Shown here: positions 24,872 through 34,633 of the stretch, one piece after another
Layout: each line of letters starts with the position of its first letter
How positions within the stretch are numbered: the first letter of the stretch is position 1
NCBI GenBank assembly: GCA_946187555.1
Contig: CAMHQP010000001.1
Span: forward strand, 2,651-66,650
Origin: an uncultured Bacteroidales bacterium
GTDB lineage: Bacteria; Bacteroidota; Bacteroidia; Bacteroidales; Paludibacteraceae
Direction of reading: 5' to 3'
Length of the DNA: 64,000 nt
The notes under the pieces: model-generated
Seen by the model: only the letters and a program-made list of their open reading frames with translations
What the model was told of the DNA's origin: nothing
Databases searched by the model: none
Translations under genes and position numbers: made by a program

Positions 24872-26322
24872 TTCACACCAACGAAGAAGTGGCACGCTGT
24901 CTCTTATGCGCAGATGCCCCCTGCGGTGCCAAGGTTGCCCGCGCTCTCCGCGCTTTGCGTTTTGATAACCTGTGGACAGCCGCAGAAGTGTTCAGTCAGA
25001 TCAACGACACCGAGATAGAAGCCGCCGAAAAGGCATGTATTCACTACGACAAACCTATTCGCATTGCGGAGTTGAAGAAGGCCGTCTTAGAAAACAGACC
25101 GGCGGTACATGAGGATCTGCCGTCGCTGGAGCTGAATTTTTGCGACATGGTTTGCGAGAACCCGTTCTTCCTGGCTTCGTCGGCCGTGTGCACCAACTAC
25201 GACATGGTCGCGCGGGCTTTCGATGCCGGATGGGCAGGTGTGTTCTATAAGACGATTTGCAAACAGGACATCCGCGAGGTCAGTCCGCGTTTTGATGCCG
25301 TACGCAAAGAAGGTACGCCTTTCGTCGGATTCCGAAATATGGAGCAGCTCTCCGAGAACCCGTACGAGATGGACTTCGATATCCTGCGTCGTCTCAAACA
25401 GAACTACCCCGCCAAACGCGTCATTGCCTCTATCATGGGTCAGACCGAAGAGGAATGGGTAGAGTTGGCTAAGATGGCAGAAGACGCCGGTTGCGATGCT
25501 GTAGAGCTCAACTTCTCCTGCCCCCAGATGAAACTATCCGGCTTGGGTAGCGATATCGGTCAAAACAACGAACTGGTACTGGCATATACTTCGTTCGTCT
25601 CAGAAGCAGTGAAGATACCTGTTATCCCGAAGATGACACCCAACGTCAAATCGATGGAGAAACCGGCCATAGCTTCTTTCTTCGGCGGCGCCAAAGGTAT
25701 CAGTGCTATCAACACCATCAAATCCATCACCATGAGTCATGATGCGGAGGTGAGCGAGAAGAAGACCGTCAGCGGTTATTCCGGCAAAGCCGTCAAACCG
25801 ATTGCGCTGCGTATGATATATGAGATGACCGGTCACCCGCTCATTCATAAAGCCGGCATCGAGAAACATATGGACGTCAGCGGTATCGGTGGTATCGAGA
25901 CTTGGCGCGATGCACTCGAGTTCATCCAACTCGGTTGCCGGAACGTGCAGGTTTGTACGGCCGTCATGCAGTACGGTTACCGCATCATCGATGACCTCAA
26001 ACTGGGTCTGCAGCATTACATGAAAGAGCGCGGTATCGTCGAACTGAAGAAACTCGTGGGCGAAGAACTCAAGAACATCGTGATGCCGTCTGATCTGGAT
26101 CGCGAGACAATGGTCTTCCCGAAAGTGGATCGAGATAAATGTATCGGTTGCGGCCGTTGTTATGTCTCCTGTATGGACGGTGGTCATCAGGCGATAGAGT
26201 TCGGTGAAGATCGTAAGCCGCGAATTATCGGTACCAAGTGTGTCGGTTGTCATCTTTGCCGTCTCGTCTGCCCGACTAACGCGATGGGAATGGCTAAACG
26301 TATGCCCAAACCACAGAAATAA
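24868..26322 (+). CDS. dihydroorotate/dihydropyrimidine dehydrogenase-family flavoprotein with C-terminal 2x[4Fe-4S] ferredoxin domain (PreA-like)
   Basis: 484 aa. DHO_dh-type TIM-barrel blocks (ELNFSCPQ, GIGGIETWRDALEF) and two CxxCxxCxxxC(P) motifs (CIGCGRCYVSC, CVGCHLCRLVCP). Confidence 0.7.
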   Translation: MIHTNEEVARCLLCADAPCGAKVARALRALRFDNLWTAAEVFSQINDTEIEAAEKACIHYDKPIRIAELKKAVLENRPAVHEDLPSLELNFCDMVCENPFFLASSAVCTNYDMVARAFDAGWAGVFYKTICKQDIREVSPRFDAVRKEGTPFVGFRNMEQLSENPYEMDFDILRRLKQNYPAKRVIASIMGQTEEEWVELAKMAEDAGCDAVELNFSCPQMKLSGLGSDIGQNNELVLAYTSFVSEAVKIPVIPKMTPNVKSMEKPAIASFFGGAKGISAINTIKSITMSHDAEVSEKKTVSGYSGKAVKPIALRMIYEMTGHPLIHKAGIEKHMDVSGIGGIETWRDALEFIQLGCRNVQVCTAVMQYGYRIIDDLKLGLQHYMKERGIVELKKLVGEELKNIVMPSDLDRETMVFPKVDRDKCIGCGRCYVSCMDGGHQAIEFGEDRKPRIIGTKCVGCHLCRLVCPTNAMGMAKRMPKPQK

Positions 26323-27093
26323 ATGCGTACCCCCGAACAGATAGCATTGGACAAACAACGGGATCGTCTGACGAAGCGTTTCCATAAGGCTTGTGCAGAC
26401 TACGGACTTATTGCCGATGGCGACCATATACTGATCGGCCTCAGTGGCGGCAAAGATAGTCTACTGCTGACCGAACTGCTGGGACGGCGTGCGAAGATTT
26501 ACAAACCTCGCTTTACCGTGACGGCACTGCATGTGCGGGTCAAAGAACGGGATTATCAAACGGATCTCAGTTATCTGGAACATTTCTGCCAAGAGGCAGG
26601 TGTGCCCTTGTTGGTTCGCGATACAGAGATCGGAGAGATTCCAAAATCAGAAATCAAAAATCAGAAATCAAAAATCGAAAACGAATGTTTTCTATGCTCG
26701 TGGTACAGACGCAAAACCTTATTCAATGTAGCGCAGGAGTTGGGATGTAACAAGATCGCTTTCGGACATCATCGGGATGATGTCGCCGAGACACTGCTGA
26801 TGAATTTGATTTATCAAGGGGCTTTCGCCACCATGCCGCCTAAACTGCAAATGGAGAAAATGCCCCTGCAAATTATCCGACCGCTATGTCTGATAGACGA
26901 GGCGGATATTGTTACGTATGCGGCCAAGAGAGGGTATCAAAAACAAGCCAAATTGTGCCCGTTTGAGCATGTGAGTTCGCGCGAAAAAGTGAAAGGATTA
27001 TTGGCGCAGATCAAAGCCCTCAATCCCGAAGCCGTGGACTCGATGTACGGGGCAATGACAAATATTAAGACGGAATATTTACCAAACAAATGA
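26323..27093 (+). CDS. ttcA: PP-loop ATPase, tRNA 2-thiocytidine synthetase TtcA-like
   Basis: 256 aa. PP-loop GLSGGKDS, CFLCSWYRRK and KIAFGHHRDD blocks. Contains a 42-nt heptamer array. Confidence 0.7.
   Translation: MRTPEQIALDKQRDRLTKRFHKACADYGLIADGDHILIGLSGGKDSLLLTELLGRRAKIYKPRFTVTALHVRVKERDYQTDLSYLEHFCQEAGVPLLVRDTEIGEIPKSEIKNQKSKIENECFLCSWYRRKTLFNVAQELGCNKIAFGHHRDDVAETLLMNLIYQGAFATMPPKLQMEKMPLQIIRPLCLIDEADIVTYAAKRGYQKQAKLCPFEHVSSREKVKGLLAQIKALNPEAVDSMYGAMTNIKTEYLPNK
26644..26685. repeat. 7-nt tandem array AAATCAG AAATCAA AAATCAG AAATCAA AAATCGA AAACGAA
   Basis: Read directly. Six units = 42 nt, in frame, encoding KSEIKNQKSKIENE just before the CxxC motif. Confidence 0.9.
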
Positions 27094-27461
27094 ATGCATT
27101 ATACACTATTTTATTGCTTTTAGCGTCGAATATCTTCATGACGCTGGCGTGGTACGGACATCTCAAATTGCAACAAACGGGATTCTTTACCAATTCCACG
27201 CCGCTTATCTTCGTGATACTCCTATCTTGGGGCATTGCTTTCTTCGAGTACTGCCTGCAAGTGCCGGCGAATCGGATGGGTTTTATTGGGAACGGCGGTA
27301 CGTTCAGTCTGATGCAACTCAAGGTCATCCAAGAGGTCATCACGCTGGTGGTGTTTGTCGTTTTCTCCGCGATTGCTTTCCATATGGAACTGAGGTGGAA
27401 TCATTTCGTAGCATGTCTGCTACTTATTGCTGCGGTCTATTTTGTTTTTGGATTCAAATAA
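27090..27461 (+). CDS. small DMT-superfamily membrane protein (DUF486-like)
   Basis: 123 aa and 4 helices. N-terminus LLLASNIFMTLAWYGHLKL is characteristic of the DUF486 family. Confidence 0.7.
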   Translation: MNALYTILLLLASNIFMTLAWYGHLKLQQTGFFTNSTPLIFVILLSWGIAFFEYCLQVPANRMGFIGNGGTFSLMQLKVIQEVITLVVFVVFSAIAFHMELRWNHFVACLLLIAAVYFVFGFK

Positions 27462-27462
27462 T

Positions 27463-28161
27463 ATGAAACGTATTGTTGTTTTCACGGGCGCCGGAGTGAG
27501 CGCAGAGAGTGGTCTGGGGACGTTCAGAGACTCAGACGGGTTATGGGAAAAATACCGCATCGAGGATGTGTGTACCCACGAGGCATGGCTGCGCAATCCG
27601 CAGTTATGTGTGGACTTCTACAACGCGCGCCGAAAAGACACCTTAGCGGCTCAACCGAACGCGGCGCATATAGCGATTGCTAAGTTGCAGCATGCCATCC
27701 CGGGTACGCGTATCATCACGCAGAATATCGACGATCTGCACGAACGCGCGGGGGCCAAAGAGGTCGTTCATTTACACGGCGAGATCACAAAGTTACGCTC
27801 GGAGAATAACGAGACGGCTACCGTGCCATTGAAGGGCTGGGAGCAGCATTACGGTGACCGTCATCCTGATGGGTCGTTATTACGTCCGTATATCGTGTTC
27901 TTCGGCGAAGGTGTGCCGTATTTCGATGAGGCATGTCGTATCGCGAGTGAAGCGGATATCATGGTGGTAGTGGGTACAAGTCTGAACGTGTATCCGGCAG
28001 CTTCGCTCATCCATTATGCGCCGGCTAACTGCCCGATTTATTTCGTTGATCCCGGACAACCGGAGTTCGGTATATGGGCGGATCGCATTACTCATATCCA
28101 AAAGCCTGCCACTGTTGGTGTACCGCTGCTGGTGGATAAACTGATTGAAGAAAATCGATGA
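27463..28161 (+). CDS. cobB: NAD-dependent protein deacylase (Sir2 family)
   Basis: ATG at 27463 gives MKRIVVFTGAGVSAESGLGTFRDSDGLW. QNIDDLHERAG and HLHGE blocks. 232 aa. Confidence 0.9.
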   Translation: MKRIVVFTGAGVSAESGLGTFRDSDGLWEKYRIEDVCTHEAWLRNPQLCVDFYNARRKDTLAAQPNAAHIAIAKLQHAIPGTRIITQNIDDLHERAGAKEVVHLHGEITKLRSENNETATVPLKGWEQHYGDRHPDGSLLRPYIVFFGEGVPYFDEACRIASEADIMVVVGTSLNVYPAASLIHYAPANCPIYFVDPGQPEFGIWADRITHIQKPATVGVPLLVDKLIEENR

Positions 28162-29000
28162 ATCCGTATATTCAGTCATTACGTTTGAGAACACTACCGT
28201 TATCGATGTCGGGAATCATTCTCGGCACGGGTTTGGCTGGTTTTCAAAACGGGATCGTCTTCACACTTGCTATCTGCACGACGCTGAGTCTGCAGATACT
28301 GAGTAATCTCAGTAATGAACTCGGCGATGCGATGAAAGGGACGGATGCTGACCAACATGGACGCGAAGCCTATGGTCTGCAAGCCGGCACGATCACCATG
28401 CAGCAGATGCGGAACATGATCTTGCTCTTCATCGGCCTGTGTATTGTCTTTGGAACGGCTCTCGTATGGACGGCCTTCGGTACACTCAATAGCGAACAGA
28501 GTTGGGTTTTTCTTGGCCTTGGTGCATTAGCCATCGTAGGGGCTATCAAATACACCCTCGGTAAGCACAGTTACGGGTATATCGGTTTGGGTGATGTAGG
28601 TGTCTTACTTTTCTTCGGTTTGCTGAGTACCATCGGTGGATACTACCTTCAAACGCAGACGCTTACATGGGAGATTGTTGCCTGCGGCGCGGCTATCGGT
28701 TTACCCTGCGTGGGCGTACTCAATCTCAATAACATACGCGATATGAATAACGATCGCGTGCATGGGAAGCGGACATTCGCCAGTTTATTAGGCCCTATCG
28801 GCGCGCGGATTTATCACACCATGCTTTTAGTGAGTTGTCTGGCATTTTTTGCAGGATACGGGCATTGGTGGACACTCGTCATCATCCCTATATGGGCATG
28901 GCATCTATGGTACATATGGACACATTCCGATAAACTGGACAAACAGATGCCGGTACTGATGTTCACCACCCTAATTGTGTCAATTTTGGCACTATTTTGA
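28158..29000 (+). CDS. menA: 1,4-dihydroxy-2-naphthoate prenyltransferase (UbiA superfamily)
   Basis: 280 aa and about 8 helices. First aspartate-rich motif NELGDAMKGTD and second NNIRDMNNDR. Confidence 0.75.
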   Translation: MNPYIQSLRLRTLPLSMSGIILGTGLAGFQNGIVFTLAICTTLSLQILSNLSNELGDAMKGTDADQHGREAYGLQAGTITMQQMRNMILLFIGLCIVFGTALVWTAFGTLNSEQSWVFLGLGALAIVGAIKYTLGKHSYGYIGLGDVGVLLFFGLLSTIGGYYLQTQTLTWEIVACGAAIGLPCVGVLNLNNIRDMNNDRVHGKRTFASLLGPIGARIYHTMLLVSCLAFFAGYGHWWTLVIIPIWAWHLWYIWTHSDKLDKQMPVLMFTTLIVSILALF

Positions 29001-29017
29001 CAAAAAATACACATTTT

Positions 29018-29049
29018 CTTGCATATGTGGAAAAATTGTGTTACCTTTG
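29018..29049 (+). promoter_or_regulatory. Bacteroidetes-type promoter of rfbA (CTTGCATAT ... TACCTTTG)
   Basis: TTG at 29019-29021 and TACCTTTG at 29042-29049 with a 20-nt spacer. Confidence 0.6.
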
Positions 29050-29067
29050 CAGTCGCAAAGGTTTTTT
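29044..29067 (+). terminator. hairpin plus T6 overlapping the rfbA -7 box (CCTTTGC-agtc-GCAAAGG-TTTTTT)
   Basis: 7-bp stem, 4-nt loop, six T. Positioned to stop read-through from the menA block. Confidence 0.4.
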
Positions 29068-29071
29068 AATT

Positions 29072-29947
29072 ATGAAAGGAATTATTCTTGCCGGAGGAAG
29101 TGCAACAAGGTTGTACCCTTTAAGTAAAGCGATCAGTAAACAGATTATGCCGGTTTATGACAAGCCGATGATCTATTATCCGCTTAGTACGTTGATGTTA
29201 GCTGGCATCCGCGAAGTATTGGTAATCAGTACGCCGCGAGACCTGCCGATGTTTGAAGAACTGCTTGGTGACGGAAGCCGTATAGGTATGAAATTGAGTT
29301 ATAAAGTGCAACTCGTTCCTAACGGTCTGGCGCAAGCTTTTGTGCTGGGTCGCGAGTTCCTGAACGGCGAACCGGGATGCCTTATTCTGGGCGATAACAT
29401 GTTCTATGGTCAGCATTTCGGTCATATGCTCAAGGATGCTGTAGCGAGCGTGAAAGATGGGGGTGCGTGTATCTTCGGTTATGAAGTGGCTGACCCGCGT
29501 GCGTACGGCGTAGTCGAGTTTGATCCGGACGGTAAGGTGCTGTCGCTCGAAGAGAAACCGGCAAATCCAAAGAGCAATTATGCCGTTCCCGGCTTGTATT
29601 TCTACGACGAGACAGTATGTGAGAAGGCAGCGAATCTGCAACCCAGCGCCCGTGGAGAATATGAGATCACCGACCTCAATAAAATCTACCTCAATGAAGG
29701 TACCCTGAAAGTGAAACTCTTCAGCCGCGGTTTTGCATGGCTCGATACGGGTAACTGCGATAGTCTGCTCGAAGCCGGTAATTTCATTGCTACCATTCAG
29801 AACCGTCAAGGATTTTATGTAAGCTGTATCGAGGAGATCGCATGGCGTAATGGATGGATCAGCACCGAGCAGTTGGCTGCATTAGGCAAAGAGATGAAGA
29901 CGGCTTACGGTCGTTATCTGGAGCGCGTAGCCAGCAAAGGATTCTAA
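29072..29947 (+). CDS. rfbA: glucose-1-phosphate thymidylyltransferase
   Basis: ATG at 29072 gives MKGIILAGGSATRLYPLSKAISKQIMPVYDKPMIYYPLSTLMLAGIREVLVIS, the canonical RmlA N-terminus. 291 aa. Confidence 0.92.
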   Translation: MKGIILAGGSATRLYPLSKAISKQIMPVYDKPMIYYPLSTLMLAGIREVLVISTPRDLPMFEELLGDGSRIGMKLSYKVQLVPNGLAQAFVLGREFLNGEPGCLILGDNMFYGQHFGHMLKDAVASVKDGGACIFGYEVADPRAYGVVEFDPDGKVLSLEEKPANPKSNYAVPGLYFYDETVCEKAANLQPSARGEYEITDLNKIYLNEGTLKVKLFSRGFAWLDTGNCDSLLEAGNFIATIQNRQGFYVSCIEEIAWRNGWISTEQLAALGKEMKTAYGRYLERVASKGF

Positions 29948-29958
29948 ACTATACCATC

Positions 29959-32900
29959 ATGAAACGCAACTTCGTTTTCTTCTTCAGCTGTTGGCTGGCG
30001 CTGTGCATGCAGGCCAACGAGCACTATGTGGTTCAACACTACTCCATTCTGGACGGTATGAGTCAAAATACCGTCATGGCCATTATGCAGGACAAGCAGG
30101 GTTTTATGTGGTTTGGTACCTGGGATGGATTAAATCGCTTCGACGGCTACACGTTTGAGGTCTTCAAGGCGATGAACCACGGTGAGGCTGCGCATGTGAA
30201 TAACCGCGTGGACTGGATATACGAAGATGAGAAGGAGCAGATATGGTGGAGTACGTATGACGGTCATTACTACCGTATGGATGCAGCTCGTCAAGTGACG
30301 GCAGAGTATCCGTACGACAGCCTTCCGGAAGGGATGCTGGCAAAAATGGCGGAGGGAGAGAAAAAGACGAAAGTTGATTCTCATGGTGTCATCTGGTTGG
30401 CAGATAACACCTATGGCATTCAGCGCTATCGGTACGGGCAATGGAAACGCTTTACACCCCCGTTGGACAGTCGTTATGCCGGTCGGTTGCGCGAACATTT
30501 CTTTTTGTTGGAAGATAACCTTGGACGAACATGGGTAAACCCGACCGGTGGCGGTTGGAGTTATTACGACTACGAGAAAGACGAGTTGGTTTATCCGATA
30601 GAAGGTCTGACAAACATGATTCATACCGCCTACGTCGATCGGGACGGGCAGATGTGGATTGCAACCTACGACGGAGGTGTGGACTGCGTGAACATGGATC
30701 CGACGCCTTATCAGTTGCACGACATGCGTCGCTCCGAGCGCGATAACGGCGAGGTGAGAGCCTTTGCGATCACCGGCAAAGGAGAGGTTCTAACGCTCGT
30801 TAAGTCGGAGACCAATGTCTATTGTGCCATGGAGAGCCGTCATGGATTGCTGTATGGCACCAAAGGCAACGGCCTCAAAAACAAAACAACCGGTCAAACA
30901 ATTCCTACCTCTCACTCGGATATCTATGATATCGAAGAAGATAGCGACGGTACGCTTTATGTGGCCACCTATGGTGACGGCGTGAACATCATCCGTTGGA
31001 ACGGCAGTGGCTGGAGTAGACCAGAGGTAATCGGGCAGGGTATGAAAGTGCGCGATATCGAGATCGTAGAAGACAATCTGTGGTGCGGTACTACGACCGG
31101 TATTCTGCTCATCAACCTCAACACACAAGAGAGTACCGTCATTCCCAGTTATGACATCCGCGCTATCTGCTATAACCAAGACAGACTGTGGTTCGGGTCG
31201 TTCGGCGGCGGTTTAATGACGCTCCCGCTCAAAGATCCCAAGATGGAGATCACCCGCGTTGAGACGTTCCATGATATCATTTTAAGTCTAATCAGTGACG
31301 GTCACAACCTATGGTTCTGCTCAGAGAGCGACATCGCCCAATTGGATTTGGAGACAGGTAATCTGTATTACTACGATGCCCTGGACGGCGAGGCGAACAC
31401 GTATTTCACGGAAGCCGAGGCTTTGCGTACACCGGACGGTAAGATTCTCTTCGGTTACTCTAACGGCTACTGTTCGTTCGATCCATCCCGTATCAGCCGC
31501 TCCAATTCGGTTCCGCCGTTGCGTATCACACGCGTTGTGTCGCAGGATGCAGAACTGACGGGAGACACGATCACCATTGCCGACGGCAGTAATGTCACCA
31601 TCGAATACGCAGCTATGGAGTATGTGGGAACCAACAAGATCTACTACTCTTATAAGATGGACGGTATCGATAAGAACTGGAACCATCCTACGGATCTGCG
31701 TCGCGTGACGTACAGTAATCTCCGACACGGCAATTATGTCTTCCATGTACGTTCCACCAACCGCGAAGGAGGAGATGTGGATAATGAGAAAAAACTCTAT
31801 ATCTGTGTCAACGCCCCGTTATGGTTATCCTGGTGGGCTATCCTGTTGTACATCCTCGGCGTCATTCTGATGATTGTGATCATCGTCTATTTCTTAGGTA
31901 TATATAACTCGCTGCGCCAGAAAGTAAAAGTGGAGCAACAAGTGACGGATATCAAATTGCGCTTCTTCACCAACATCAGCCATGAGCTCCGTACACCGCT
32001 CACGCTCATCGCCGCACCGGTGGAGAACATCCTGCAAAATGAACGTATCAGTCAGAACGTGCGCAGCCAATTAGAGATCGTGCAGAGTAACAGCCAGCGC
32101 ATGCTGCGTATGGTCAACCAACTGCTTGAGTTCCGCAAGGTACAAAACCAGAAGATGAAACTCAAAGTGCAGCAGACCCTATTGAGCGAACTGGTGGAAG
32201 AGACCTGCGCCAATTTCCGCAAAGAGGCGGATGACAAACATATTCGTTTTGAGGTAGAGAACCGCACCGAAGACTCTACGGTATGGATTGACCGCGCCCG
32301 TATGGACACGATCTTATGGAATCTGTTGAGCAATGCATTTAAGTTCACGCCGGCCGGCAAGACGATCCGTGTCATCGTAGGTGAGCGTCCGGGATTTGTA
32401 ACTCTTACCGTTCAGGACGAAGGTATCGGCATCCCGCCGGAGAAACGCAGTGTGCTCTTTGAGCGCTTCTCCAGCAATAACGAACTGAATAATAACAACA
32501 CCGGTGGTACGGGTATCGGTATGAACCTAACCAAGGAACTGGTGGATCTTCATCATGGTTATATTGAGGTGGAGAGTGAAGTAGGTGTCGGAACGACGAT
32601 CACTGTCTTGCTACACACCGGTAAAGAGCATTTTGACGCGGACGTGGACTTTATTGATGATATGCCGGCTGCCACGATGCCGAGCGTAGCACCTACGTTT
32701 GAGGACAAGATCGAGCAGTTGCAGCAAGAGCAACAGGAATCGCAGCACACGATCTTAGTCGTAGATGACAGCAAAGACATGCGCACGTTCCTCGCTAATA
32801 TCCTCAGCCGTGAATACCACGTTGAGACCGCAGCGGACGGCGAAGAGGCAGAGAAGATCATACGCACCAAGCCAATCGATCTCGTGATCACCGACCTGAT

Positions 32901-33516
32901 GATGCCGAAAGTGGATGGACTCGAACTCACGCAGTTCATAAAGAAAAATACCGATTTGGACTATATACCGGTTATCCTGTTGACAGCCAAGACAGCCATT
33001 GAGAGTAAGCTGGAGGCGTTAGGATACGGTGCCGATGACTACGTAACCAAGCCCTTTGAACCTGAGTATCTGCGCGCTCGTGTACACAATATTATTGCGC
33101 AACGAGAGCAACTCGAGCAGAGTTATCGTCAACGTCTGATGCGTTTGGAACCGCAGAAGAGCGATGAGCCTATACCGGGCGATGCTTTCCTGGCCAAACT
33201 GCTCGATGTGATGAACAAGCAGTTGGATAACAACACGCTGACGGTAGATGACTTGGTAGAAGAGATGGGTATGGGACGTACGGTGTTCTTCAACAAGCTG
33301 AAGAGTATGACGGGTCTCAGTCCTGTAGAGTTCATCCGCGAGATGCGTATCAAACGCGCCGCACAATTGCTCGAAGAGCGGAAATATAACATCACCGAGG
33401 TAACGTACATGGTCGGTATGAATGACAGCCGCTACTTCGCTAAATGTTTCAAGAATACCTATGGTATCACGCCGAGTGAGTACCGCCGGGCAGCATTGGA
33501 GAGGAGCGAGAAGTGA
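29959..33516 (+). CDS. hybrid two-component system regulator (beta-propeller/Y_Y_Y sensor, HisKA-HATPase, receiver, AraC-type HTH)
   Basis: ATG at 29959 gives a signal peptide. Repeated propeller blades (FGTWDGLNRFDG etc.), TM helix, H-box FFTNISHELRTPLT, G-boxes, receiver ILVVDDSKDM...DLVITDLMMPKVDG, C-terminal AraC HTH. Confidence 0.9.
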   Translation: MKRNFVFFFSCWLALCMQANEHYVVQHYSILDGMSQNTVMAIMQDKQGFMWFGTWDGLNRFDGYTFEVFKAMNHGEAAHVNNRVDWIYEDEKEQIWWSTYDGHYYRMDAARQVTAEYPYDSLPEGMLAKMAEGEKKTKVDSHGVIWLADNTYGIQRYRYGQWKRFTPPLDSRYAGRLREHFFLLEDNLGRTWVNPTGGGWSYYDYEKDELVYPIEGLTNMIHTAYVDRDGQMWIATYDGGVDCVNMDPTPYQLHDMRRSERDNGEVRAFAITGKGEVLTLVKSETNVYCAMESRHGLLYGTKGNGLKNKTTGQTIPTSHSDIYDIEEDSDGTLYVATYGDGVNIIRWNGSGWSRPEVIGQGMKVRDIEIVEDNLWCGTTTGILLINLNTQESTVIPSYDIRAICYNQDRLWFGSFGGGLMTLPLKDPKMEITRVETFHDIILSLISDGHNLWFCSESDIAQLDLETGNLYYYDALDGEANTYFTEAEALRTPDGKILFGYSNGYCSFDPSRISRSNSVPPLRITRVVSQDAELTGDTITIADGSNVTIEYAAMEYVGTNKIYYSYKMDGIDKNWNHPTDLRRVTYSNLRHGNYVFHVRSTNREGGDVDNEKKLYICVNAPLWLSWWAILLYILGVILMIVIIVYFLGIYNSLRQKVKVEQQVTDIKLRFFTNISHELRTPLTLIAAPVENILQNERISQNVRSQLEIVQSNSQRMLRMVNQLLEFRKVQNQKMKLKVQQTLLSELVEETCANFRKEADDKHIRFEVENRTEDSTVWIDRARMDTILWNLLSNAFKFTPAGKTIRVIVGERPGFVTLTVQDEGIGIPPEKRSVLFERFSSNNELNNNNTGGTGIGMNLTKELVDLHHGYIEVESEVGVGTTITVLLHTGKEHFDADVDFIDDMPAATMPSVAPTFEDKIEQLQQEQQESQHTILVVDDSKDMRTFLANILSREYHVETAADGEEAEKIIRTKPIDLVITDLMMPKVDGLELTQFIKKNTDLDYIPVILLTAKTAIESKLEALGYGADDYVTKPFEPEYLRARVHNIIAQREQLEQSYRQRLMRLEPQKSDEPIPGDAFLAKLLDVMNKQLDNNTLTVDDLVEEMGMGRTVFFNKLKSMTGLSPVEFIREMRIKRAAQLLEERKYNITEVTYMVGMNDSRYFAKCFKNTYGITPSEYRRAALERSEK

Positions 33517-33519
33517 GAG

Positions 33520-34050
33520 ATGAAAGGATTCGGAATAAGAGGAATAGTGATTAGCGGGTTAGCCATGTTGTTCGTTGCATGCGGACAGCAAGCACCGCAA
33601 CGTCCGAGTCAGCGCATGGGGCAAGCACCGCAAGTGGATAGTGCCCAATTGGCGCTTATGGAATTGAACATGCGTCTCGCCGAGGCCGCCGACCAGCAAG
33701 TACTGCAAGCTGTTCAAACCCAAGAAGAGTCGTACGCCTTATACGAAGGACAGGTGTGGATGCATATCCTCGCCCCGGGAGATACACAACGCGATAAGTT
33801 CAAGAACGGCGATCTTTGCTCTGTTCACATGCAGGTTTATACCTTGGCTCGAGAACTGCTGGTGGATAGCGAAGGCTCGTACCACGTCGGAAAAGGAGAA
33901 CTGCCACGCGGCGTGGACGCTAACCTACCGGAGCTATATCCGGGCGCCAAGGTGCGCATGTATATCCCTTGGTACATGGCTTATGGGTTGCAGGGAACGG
34001 AACATATTCCGCCATATGAAAACGTAATTATCGATTTAGAATTAAAATAA
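33520..34050 (+). CDS. lipoprotein with FKBP-type peptidyl-prolyl isomerase-like C-terminal domain
   Basis: 176 aa. Lipobox FVACG. ...CSVHMQVYTL...GELPRGVDANLPELYPGAKVRMYIPWYMAYGLQG...IPPYENVIIDLEL follows the FKBP pattern. Confidence 0.5.
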   Translation: MKGFGIRGIVISGLAMLFVACGQQAPQRPSQRMGQAPQVDSAQLALMELNMRLAEAADQQVLQAVQTQEESYALYEGQVWMHILAPGDTQRDKFKNGDLCSVHMQVYTLARELLVDSEGSYHVGKGELPRGVDANLPELYPGAKVRMYIPWYMAYGLQGTEHIPPYENVIIDLELK

Positions 34051-34632
34051 ATGAAGAAGATTTGCTTGTTTTTGCTATTCGGTTTGGTACTGATGATCAC
34101 CGGATGTGCTTCCAACACATACTCCAAACTGAGGGATAAGGAAGATAAACTGATAGCGAATTATATCAGTCGTAACGGCTTGGTGATTCTGGAGGACGAA
34201 CCCGCCGCAGATCATGTGTGGGGAGAAAAAGAGTACTATAAGGTGCGGGATTACGATAACTTGTATTTCCACCTCATAGAACGCGGCGACTCGATACGCG
34301 TTGATTCGATCAGTCCTACCCTAAACGACACCGTCGATTTGGAAATCATCGCCAATGATCTCATCGTCATGCGATATAAAAAATTCGAACTGACAGAGAA
34401 TGCCGATACGCTCAGTTACTGGACTACACTTGACCAGGCCTTCCCGACGGAGTTTCACTATGGCAACCTCAGTGACTGCGAGTGTGTGGCGTGGCACGTA
34501 GCCGTTAAACAGATGAAGTATCCGGAGTCCCTATGCGAGGTGATTGTCCCCAGTAAGTTAGGTTTCTCGGATGACCAGACGAGTGTGACTCCCTTTGTAT
34601 ATATTTTGAAAATCAAAGTAAAACAACAATAA
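34051..34632 (+). CDS. lipoprotein of unknown function (possibly DUF4827-like)
   Basis: 193 aa. Lipobox MITGC. Starts directly at the upstream stop. Family assignment is from memory only. Confidence 0.45.
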   Translation: MKKICLFLLFGLVLMITGCASNTYSKLRDKEDKLIANYISRNGLVILEDEPAADHVWGEKEYYKVRDYDNLYFHLIERGDSIRVDSISPTLNDTVDLEIIANDLIVMRYKKFELTENADTLSYWTTLDQAFPTEFHYGNLSDCECVAWHVAVKQMKYPESLCEVIVPSKLGFSDDQTSVTPFVYILKIKVKQQ

Positions 34633-34633
34633 T

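Noticed and set aside
19252-29000. Tight start/stop coupling as proof that the signalling cassette is a self-contained operon.
   Set aside because: The same ATGA, TAATG or 0-2-nt junctions continue through the PreA-like gene, ttcA, DUF486, cobB and menA up to 29000. Coupling therefore does not delimit the cassette, and functional linkage rests on domain logic only.
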